A stretch of 64,000 nt of DNA from an uncultured Bacteroidota bacterium (GTDB taxonomy: Bacteria > Bacteroidota > Bacteroidia > Bacteroidales > DTGW01), in NCBI GenBank assembly GCA_963851385.1, contig CAWKPE010000010.1, forward strand, positions 199,269-263,268, written 5' to 3'. The notes under the pieces were generated by a model. The model had not been told where the DNA came from and ran no database searches. It was given only the letters and a program-made list of their open reading frames with translations. Made by a program: the position numbers and the translations under genes. Position 1 is the stretch's first letter; every line of letters starts with the position of its first letter. Shown here piece by piece: positions 32,275 to 39,786 of this stretch.

Positions 32275-33580
32275 ATGGCAACCTTTGAGGTTTACGGAGG
32301 CAGGCGCCTGAAAGGTGATCTATATCCACAGGGTGCTAAAAATGAGGCATTACAAGTAATATGTGCTTGCTCTTCTTACTTCAGAAAAAGTTACAATTCA
32401 CAATATTCCTGATATCAGCGATGTTGAAATTCTAATTGATTTGTTGAAATCGCTTGGTGTTGAAGTTGAAAAAACCGGGCAACAAAGTTATTCTTTTAAA
32501 GCTGCAAATGTAGATATCCATTACCTTAAATCTGAAGATTATAATATAAAAGCCATTAAACTTAGAGGATCAATTATGATTATCGGGCCGTTACTTGCAC
32601 GCTTTGGTAAAGGATACATTCCAAAGCCCGGAGGTGATATGATTGGTCGTCGCAGGCTCGATACTCACTTTATTGGCTTTGAAAAACTGGGTGCTAGTTT
32701 CAACTTTGACACCAAAGAAAATATTTATTATGTTGAAGCTGGTAATTTAAAAGGCGCCTACATGCTGCTTGACGAAGCTTCGGTGACAGGTACAGCTAAT
32801 TTGATTATGGCTGCAGTGATGGCTAAAGGAATTACAACTCTTTATAACGCCGCATGTGAACCTTATATTCAACAACTATGCAAAATGCTTGTATGCATGG
32901 GTGCGCAAATTGAAGGTATCGGATCAAACCTGCTGACAATTACAGGTGTAAAACAATTAAAAGGCTGTGAACATACTATTTTGCCTGATATGATCGAAGT
33001 GGGAAGTTTTATCGGGCTTGCTGCAATGACCCGCTCTGAAATTACAATTAAAAATGTATCTTTTGATAATTTAGGTATTATACCAGATTCTTTTAAACGC
33101 TTAGGTATTGCCCTGGAACGGAAAGGTGAAGACATATTTATTCCTTCACAGGATGAATATGAGATTGAAACTTTTATTGACGGATCTATTCTCACAATAT
33201 CTGATGCTCCCTGGCCAGGTTTAACTCCAGATCTGCTTAGCATATTCCTTGTTATTTCAGCACAGGCAAAGGGCAGTGTACTCATTCACCAGAAAATGTT
33301 CGAAAGTCGTCTTTTCTTTGTTGACAAGCTTATTGATATGGGTGCACAAATTATTCTTTGCGATCCTCACCGGGCTACTGTTATAGGTTTAAATAATCGC
33401 TTGCAATTGCGACCCACTGTCATGAGTACTCCAGATATAAGGGCCGGTGTGGCATTGCTTATTGCTGCCATGTCGGCTGATGGTAAGAGCATTATTCATA
33501 ATATTGAACAAATCGACCGGGGATATTTCCGGATTGATGAAAGATTGAATGCTGTAGGTGCTGATATCAGGAGAATATAA
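32275..33580 (+). pseudogene. murA: UDP-N-acetylglucosamine 1-carboxyvinyltransferase, one frame break as sequenced
   Basis: The ATG at 32275 gives MATFEVYGGRRLKGDLYPQGAKNEALQVICA. After one extra T near 32362-32372 the 405-aa ORF follows (LALLTSEKVTIHNIPDI...). Confidence 0.9.
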
Positions 33581-33586
33581 GATAAA

Positions 33587-33665
33587 AGTTTTAAGTTTTC
33601 AGTTTTAAGTTTTCAGTTTTAAGTTTTCAGTTTTAAGTTTTCAGTTTTAAGTTTTCAGTTTTAAA
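33587..33665. repeat. tandem repeat, 14-bp unit agttttaagttttc x5 plus a partial unit (7-bp sub-period agtttt[a/c])
   Basis: Read directly. Five perfect units span 33587-33656, followed by agttttaaa. Starts 7 nt after the murA stop and ends 56 nt before the next ATG. Confidence 0.95.
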
Positions 33666-33720
33666 TCACAAATCCCAATAAAGAATCAAGAATTAACTTT
33701 GAACTTTAAAATATTTCATC

Positions 33721-34233
33721 ATGCCAAAAATTTTTCACATCAAGGAAATAAATTTTGAATTGCGTGAATCGCGTGTTCCTGAATTTAGCTGGCATACAAG
33801 TCCAAGACTAGCCAATTTAGTAAATTCAAAACACCTGCAATTTGATATCCGTTCGTTAGATACAGGTAAGTTTTCATTTCCCTATCATTCCCACAGGGCT
33901 TCTGAAGAATTGTTTTATATAATTTCAGGTGAAGCAACATTACGAACACCGGAAGGATTTCAAAAGGTAATGACAGGTGATATAGTTTTTTTTGAAGAAG
34001 GTCCGACCAGCGCCCATCAACTTTATAATCATACTGAATCGCCTTGCATTTATTTGGACATCCGGTCTTTTACTGGAATTGATGTTACAGATTATCCTGA
34101 TTCCGGAAAAATCAATGTATCTCCTTTTATGGAGATTTTTGAAAACACCTCTAAAACCGATTACTACAAAGGCGAAGAAGATGTCTCAAAAAAGTGGCCG
34201 GATGATATTATTATTAAACCTTCTGAAAGTTAG
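33721..34233 (+). CDS. cupin-domain protein
   Basis: 170 aa, cupin motif context FSFPYHSHRASEELFYIISGEATLRTPEG. Confidence 0.7.
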   Translation: MPKIFHIKEINFELRESRVPEFSWHTSPRLANLVNSKHLQFDIRSLDTGKFSFPYHSHRASEELFYIISGEATLRTPEGFQKVMTGDIVFFEEGPTSAHQLYNHTESPCIYLDIRSFTGIDVTDYPDSGKINVSPFMEIFENTSKTDYYKGEEDVSKKWPDDIIIKPSES

Positions 34234-34877
34234 GCTTTAAGAAGCTTAAAAGCATGTGACCATTCATTTCTCAGCAAACCTGGGATGCACCAGAGAATGC
34301 AGAGCGGTTCAATTGCTCTTGCACTTTCGACACCTCCCATATCAGCCGTTTCAAAGTCAAATTTATCCAATATTTCAGAAACTGTTTTCTTTGCATTTTC
34401 ATGATTGCCGCAAATAAACATTGTTGGTTTGACACCCTTGAAATCAGGATTTACCATAAATGCATTGCCAATACTGCTAAAAGCTTTTACAAAATGAGCT
34501 TCAGGATGTAAAGCCTGCAATTGTTCCATTAGTGAATAATCCAAAGTTGTGAAAAACTTAATTACGCCATTTTCCGGTGGCATATCAGATATTGGATTTG
34601 TAGTGTCAATTACTGTCTTGCCTTTAATATATTTTGCTACGTCTGTATCCAGAATTTCTTTAGCTATCGTTGCTTTTACTGCCAAAACAACAATTTCACC
34701 AAAAGCTGCTGCATCACCAAATGAGCCTACATGTCCATTCTTCCCAACCTTTTTCTTCCAATCCTCAAGTTTTGAAATTGTGCGGGTACCAATCATTACT
34801 TCATATCCATGCTTAATAAAGCCACTGGCAAGTGTTTGTCCAACTACTCCTGAACCGATTACTCCGACCTTTTTCAT
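34230..34877 (-). CDS. NADP-dependent oxidoreductase (F420-dependent NADP reductase-like Rossmann protein)
   Basis: Start trimmed to MKKVGVIGSGVVGQTLASGF (ATG at 34877). Rossmann GxGxxG at the N-terminus. Confidence 0.65.
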   Translation of the reverse strand: MKKVGVIGSGVVGQTLASGFIKHGYEVMIGTRTISKLEDWKKKVGKNGHVGSFGDAAAFGEIVVLAVKATIAKEILDTDVAKYIKGKTVIDTTNPISDMPPENGVIKFFTTLDYSLMEQLQALHPEAHFVKAFSSIGNAFMVNPDFKGVKPTMFICGNHENAKKTVSEILDKFDFETADMGGVESARAIEPLCILWCIPGLLRNEWSHAFKLLKA

Positions 34878-35068
34878 AAATTGATTGTTTGTTTTTATGT
34901 TCAATCTTTATAGAATTTGTATTACTTGATTAAAACCTACTATGTTGTTTTGTTTTGACTTTTAAACATATTAGCAAATATATTGTTTAAGTAGTTGACA
35001 ACTTATTAAATAATTATAAGAATCATTAACATAACAACAGAATTTAAATCTAATTGAACAAATTAAGC

Positions 35069-35457
35069 AATTAATGTGAGTTCGACGAAATAAAAAATGT
35101 ACTTATCAAGTAATCAGAATTATGTTCATTTCTTTTTTCGCCAAAAAAGAAACGAACCAAAGAACTTAGCGGAGCGATCTCACGAACGAAGTGAGTAAAA
35201 AGGCTTGGTTGCAAAAACTCGCTCCTTCGCCATTTGGCGTATTCGCTCAAACAGCTTGCAACCGAAAAGGAATTTATTTTTAATCCCGCCGAAGGCGGGA
35301 AAGAGCGTTGGCCAGAAAATCAGGCGAGGGTGTGTGCGCATTGCGGGTTGAAGCTTCTGATTTTCTTGACTTTTTGGTTACTTTTGTGTCAAGACAAAAG
35401 TAACATATTGATAACAATATATTTATATTCATTTCTTATGTCGAACTTACGTTAATT
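35069..35457 (+). mobile_element. structured intergenic repeat, copy B (MITE-like, ~389 bp)
   Basis: Terminal inverted repeats aattaatgtgagttcgac / gtcgaacttacgttaatt. It holds several internal hairpins. A 46-nt block (ccaaagaacttagcggagcgatctcacgaacgaagtgagtaaaaag) is identical to copy C in reverse orientation. ORF 35234-35455 inside it is judged spurious. Confidence 0.7.
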
Positions 35458-35486
35458 AAGTCCAGAAGTCTAAAAAATATTTTAAT

Positions 35487-36509
35487 ATGGAATACAAACA
35501 GCTTGGAAAAACTGGTGTTCTGCTTTCTGAACTTTGCCTTGGCGCCATGACATTTGGCGGTAAAGGCTTTTGGGAAGCTATAGGCAAATTGCAGCAGAAA
35601 GAAGTCAATAAATTAGTAAAAACCTCATTAGATAGTGGTATAAATTTCATAGATACTGCAAATGCATATTCCGAGGGTTTATCAGAAATTATTTTGGGAA
35701 AAGCATTGAAAGAACTGGGCATTAATCGTCAGCAAATTTTTATAGCTACCAAATTACGTATCAGGATGGGAACTGGAGCTAACCAGGTTGGTCTTTCAAG
35801 ATTGCATATAGTAGATTCGGTCAATGACAGCTTGGAAAGGTTGGGACTATCGCATATCGATCTTTTATATATCCATGGTGTAGATCCATTGACATCGCTT
35901 GAAGAAACAATGCGAGGCCTGGAAGATGTGGTTCGTTCAGGAAAAGTAAGATACCTGGGCATTAGCAATCATCCTGCCTGGATGGTAATTAAAGCTAACG
36001 GTATAGCTGACAAAATGGGTTGGACCAAATTTATTGCATTACAAAACTACTATAGCATTGCCGGGCGGGACATAGAAAGAGAAATAGTGCCAATGGCCTT
36101 AAGTGAGGGATTATCGCTAATGCCCTGGAGTCCTTTAGCAGGTGGATTTTTGTCAGGCAAGTTTACACGCCATAACGAGAAAGCTGGTGATAGCCGAAGG
36201 GACGTTTTTGATTTTCCTCCTGTAAATAAAGAGAAAGCCTACGATATTATCGATCTGATGCTAGAAATTGGCAAACAGCACAATGTGTCTGTTGCACAGG
36301 TTGCATTAGCGTGGATGCTAAAAAAGCCTGCAGTTACTAGCATAATTATCGGGGCGAAAAAACATGAACAATTGGTGGATAACATTGCAGCTACTGATCT
36401 TCACCTTTCTGATGAAGAAATGAAAAAATTAGATGATATTTCTGCCCTGAAATCAGAATATCCCGGATGGATGATTGAACGACAATTTCAGGGAAGAATG
36501 CCTGGTTAA
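35487..36509 (+). CDS. aldo/keto reductase
   Basis: 340 aa, ...GINFIDTANAYSEGLSEIILGKAL..., ...IDLLYIHGVD... typical AKR. Confidence 0.85.
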   Translation: MEYKQLGKTGVLLSELCLGAMTFGGKGFWEAIGKLQQKEVNKLVKTSLDSGINFIDTANAYSEGLSEIILGKALKELGINRQQIFIATKLRIRMGTGANQVGLSRLHIVDSVNDSLERLGLSHIDLLYIHGVDPLTSLEETMRGLEDVVRSGKVRYLGISNHPAWMVIKANGIADKMGWTKFIALQNYYSIAGRDIEREIVPMALSEGLSLMPWSPLAGGFLSGKFTRHNEKAGDSRRDVFDFPPVNKEKAYDIIDLMLEIGKQHNVSVAQVALAWMLKKPAVTSIIIGAKKHEQLVDNIAATDLHLSDEEMKKLDDISALKSEYPGWMIERQFQGRMPG

Positions 36510-36611
36510 ATAATCTCAAATCAAAAATCGTTAATTCTTGTTCTCTAATAGAAAATAAAACTAAGAACAATGATTAGCGAATAATGAATTGTGAAATTAA
36601 AAATCATAATT

Positions 36612-36734
36612 CAATGTCGTTTAGTTAAGCAATTTTATATCATTGGTCATACTTCGACAAGCTCAGTATGACCTCATTTTATTGTCACCCTGAGCTTGTC
36701 GAAGGGTGTTTCGTTCCTTAACTAAACGACATTG
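36612..36734 (-). mobile_element. 123-bp MITE-like element, copy 3 (opposite orientation, independent insertion)
   Basis: Same termini and internal hairpins as copies 1 and 2. Flanked by a different perfect 10-bp duplication AATCATAATT (36602-36611 and 36735-36744). Confidence 0.8.
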
Positions 36735-36799
36735 AATCATAATTATCTGACTATAACAAAAGATTTTGAATAAATTTTATCAATCAAAAATTATATTAA

Positions 36800-37384
36800 A
36801 TGAAAAAATTAGTTTTCTTATTAACGTTGGGTCTTTTGCAAGTTGCAGTAAATGCCCAAACCAAATGGACAGTGGACGCTGTTCATTCATCAATTAAATT
36901 TACAGTAACCCACCTTGTGATTTCCGAAGTTGAAGGAGATTTTAAAACCTTTACCGGAACAGTTGTAACAAACAATCCTGATTTTGCCGATGCGGCAATT
37001 GATTTCTCAGTCGATGTCAACAGTATAAATACAGATAATGAAATGCGTGACAAACATTTAAAATCAGCTGACTTTTTCAATGTTGAAAAATATCCACAGA
37101 TGACATTTAAAAGCAAATCATTTAAAAAACTGACTGATAACAAATATGAACTTAACGGTGATCTAACAATTCATGGCATTACAAAACCGGTAAAATTCGA
37201 TGTTACCAATGGTGGAACGGCTAAAGATGGATATGGAAATACTAAAGCAGGTTTCAAAGCAACTACAACAATAGACCGTTTTGATTACGATCTGAAATGG
37301 AACACTCTTACCGAAGCAAGTGGTGCAGTAGTAAGTAGAGATGTAAATATCTCGGTTAGGCTAGAACTGGCTAAAGCAAAATAA
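36800..37384 (+). CDS. YceI-family periplasmic protein
   Basis: 194 aa with a signal peptide, ...WTVDAVHSSIKFTVTHLVISEVEGDF..., ...LTIHGITKPV... Confidence 0.85.
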   Translation: MKKLVFLLTLGLLQVAVNAQTKWTVDAVHSSIKFTVTHLVISEVEGDFKTFTGTVVTNNPDFADAAIDFSVDVNSINTDNEMRDKHLKSADFFNVEKYPQMTFKSKSFKKLTDNKYELNGDLTIHGITKPVKFDVTNGGTAKDGYGNTKAGFKATTTIDRFDYDLKWNTLTEASGAVVSRDVNISVRLELAKAK

Positions 37385-37415
37385 TAAGCATTTGTTAAGA
37401 ATATTAAGTCATACA

Positions 37416-37450
37416 AAATCACTCTTTAAATTATGCAGAGTGATTTTTTT
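37416..37450 (+). terminator. rho-independent terminator
   Basis: aaatcactct / agagtgattt 10-bp stem followed by a T-run. Confidence 0.8.
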
Positions 37451-37565
37451 CCTTTAATAAACAATATTTTACATTGTGCCATAAATCAAACAATCTGTAT
37501 ATCATCTATATGTAAACAGTACATTTTTTTTATATCTTTATATATTATTTTTCTAAGCAAATAAC

Positions 37566-38138
37566 TTGAAACTATACATTAAAAATATGGTTTGCATCCG
37601 TTGCAAAATGGTTGTGAAAGCTGAATTAGAAAAACTCGGGTTGCATTATTCTGTAGTGGAGTTAGGTGAAGCAGAAATTAAAGAAAGTATAACTTCAGAA
37701 CAACGGAATACGTTAAACATTGATTTAAAAAAATCAGGGCTTGAACTGATGGACGATAAAAAAAGCATGTTAATTGAAAAAATAAAAAATATTATTATAG
37801 AATTGGTTCACTATTCCGATGAACAACCTAAAATAAATTTTTCTGATTATATAAGTGAAAAACTAAATCACGATTACACGTATCTTGCTAATCTTTTTTC
37901 TGAAGTTGAAGGGACAACCATTGAAAAATTCTTTATTGCTCATAAGATTGAACGTGTAAAAGAATTGCTTGTATACGATGAACTCAATCTTACTGAAATT
38001 GCATATAAACTACATTATAGCAGCGTGGCACATTTATCCAATCAATTTAAAAAAGTTACAGGCTTAACTCCCTCCCATTTCAAGCAACTCAGGCATAAAA
38101 GACGTATTATGTTAGAAGACTTGTCAGCCGGCAATTAA
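37566..38138 (+). CDS. AraC-family transcriptional regulator with small N-terminal CxxC domain
   Basis: 190 aa. The N-terminus is IKNMVCIRCKMVVKAELEKLG. The C-terminal HTH is ...LNLTEIAYKLHYSSVAHLSNQFKKVTGLTPSHFK. The track start is TTG; an ATG alternative is at 37587. Confidence 0.8.
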   Translation: MKLYIKNMVCIRCKMVVKAELEKLGLHYSVVELGEAEIKESITSEQRNTLNIDLKKSGLELMDDKKSMLIEKIKNIIIELVHYSDEQPKINFSDYISEKLNHDYTYLANLFSEVEGTTIEKFFIAHKIERVKELLVYDELNLTEIAYKLHYSSVAHLSNQFKKVTGLTPSHFKQLRHKRRIMLEDLSAGN

Positions 38139-38204
38139 TGTGTGAATCATGTAACTTATTTGCAGAGTTGTGTAACACTTTTTAGCAAAGATGTGCTCAC
38201 CTTT
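38138..38204 (+). promoter_or_regulatory. conserved cis-motif, copy 1 (ATGTGTGAAT ... 30-nt register ... TTGTGTAAC)
   Basis: Begins on the last base of the araC stop codon. It lies 54 nt upstream of the cupin ATG. It recurs at 52090, 53910 and (degenerate) 54054. Confidence 0.55.
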
Positions 38205-38229
38205 ATACCATCCTTACTTACACATAAAA

Positions 38230-38568
38230 ATGGATAACCAGGAAATTGAAAAATCGAAAGCACTCATAATTGTTGAAATAATAGAATATGTTTCTCATTC
38301 CGTTGTGAGCAAAACAATAATTAGAAAATCGACAGGTAATATCAGCGTAACTGCAATTGATTCAGGTGAAGGATTAACTGAAAAAACTTCGCCTTTTGAT
38401 ACCTTTGCTCAAATAATAGACGGAAAAGCCGAGATTGTAATTGATGGAAATTCAATTCAGCTTGAAACTGGCCAATCAATAATAATACCAGCTCACACAC
38501 CAAACATTATCAAAGCAAATGAGCGTTTTAAAATGATTTCAACAATCATAAAAAGCGGGTACGAATAA
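38230..38568 (+). CDS. small cupin-domain protein
   Basis: Start trimmed to MDNQEIEK (ATG at 38230). ...GKAEIVIDGNSIQLETGQSIIIPAHTPNIIKA... Confidence 0.65.
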   Translation: MDNQEIEKSKALIIVEIIEYVSHSVVSKTIIRKSTGNISVTAIDSGEGLTEKTSPFDTFAQIIDGKAEIVIDGNSIQLETGQSIIIPAHTPNIIKANERFKMISTIIKSGYE

Positions 38569-38742
38569 CCAATTGAATCAAGAACTAGAAGCCAAGATTC
38601 AAGCGCTGAGTAATGCCTTATTTACATCAAATTTTAATTCTAATAAATCACTTGCTCAAATAAACAAGAATCGAAAAAGAATTCACTCTCTTGGTTTTTG
38701 ATTCTTGATGCTTTAATATTTACCTATTCAGAAAATTAAAAC

Positions 38743-39786
38743 ATGATACAAGTTAAAAAAGAAGGCATCATATTAAAAAAGACAGATTTTAAATTTGAAA
38801 ATGAAGGCGTGCTAAATCCAGCTGCAATACGCCTGGGTGACAGTGTCCACCTTTTTTACCGTGCAGTGCAAAAAGGAAATTATTCAAGTATTGGATATTG
38901 CAGGCTGGATGGACCGTTAACAGTTGCTGAAAGATGGGATAAACCTATTATGGTTCCTGAATTCGATTATGAATCACATGGGGTTGAAGATGCCCGCATT
39001 GTAAAAATTGATAACTTGTATTATATGACTTACACTGCTTACGACGGGATAAATGCACAGGGAGCATTGGCTACTTCAAAAGATTTAAAGCATTTTAAAA
39101 AGCATGGAATCTTAGTACCACAGATTACATATGACGAATTTGCATTTCTGGCTAAATCGGCCGTTAAAATAAATGAGAAGTATTATCTTCATCACACTTT
39201 ATATTTCAAAGAGGAAAATCTTGATAAAAAATCATTATTATGGGATAAAAACTTGATTTTTTTTCCAAGAAGAATCAACAATAAATTAGCTTTTCTGCAC
39301 CGAATCAGGCCTGGCATTCAAATTGCATTCGTCAATAATATAAAAGAACTCACCAAAGAATATTGGAAAAACTATTGTCTGAACCTCCATGAACACATAG
39401 TAATGGATCCTCTATACGAACACGAATCGAAATATATTGGCAGTGGGTGCCCTCCAATTGAGACAAAACACGGATGGTTATTAATTTATCACGGAGCGGA
39501 AGAAACCAACAAAGGCGTTGTTTATTCTGCCTGCGCAGCTCTGCTGGATTTGAATGATCCATCAAAAGAAATAACCCGGCTGCCTCATACTTTGTTTTCA
39601 CCAGAATATGAGTGGGAGCAATTTGGAGAAGTTGATAATGTAGTTTTTCCTACCGGCACTTCATTATTTGGCAATACCTTATTCATATACTATGGTGCTG
39701 CTGATGAACATATTGCCTGTGCTTCTGTGAGTTTATCAGCATTATTGAAGAAACTATTATCTAACACTAGGAAAAATGAAAAATAA
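38743..39786 (+). CDS. GH130-family glycoside phosphorylase/hydrolase-like protein
   Basis: 347 aa, ...EGVLNPAAIR...HLFYRAV...GVEDARIVKIDNLYYMTYTAYDG... five-bladed propeller family signature. Confidence 0.75.
   Translation: MIQVKKEGIILKKTDFKFENEGVLNPAAIRLGDSVHLFYRAVQKGNYSSIGYCRLDGPLTVAERWDKPIMVPEFDYESHGVEDARIVKIDNLYYMTYTAYDGINAQGALATSKDLKHFKKHGILVPQITYDEFAFLAKSAVKINEKYYLHHTLYFKEENLDKKSLLWDKNLIFFPRRINNKLAFLHRIRPGIQIAFVNNIKELTKEYWKNYCLNLHEHIVMDPLYEHESKYIGSGCPPIETKHGWLLIYHGAEETNKGVVYSACAALLDLNDPSKEITRLPHTLFSPEYEWEQFGEVDNVVFPTGTSLFGNTLFIYYGAADEHIACASVSLSALLKKLLSNTRKNEK

Noticed and set aside
33587-33665. Possible CRISPR array
   Set aside because: The units are directly abutting 14-bp repeats with no spacers, and there are no cas genes in the window. 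It is a simple tandem repeat.
35234-35455. 73-aa ORF inside structured repeat copy B
   Set aside because: It is entirely contained in a repeat element whose other copies do not preserve the frame. The translation (…LKLLIFLTFWLLLCQDKSN…) is the by-product of hairpin sequences.
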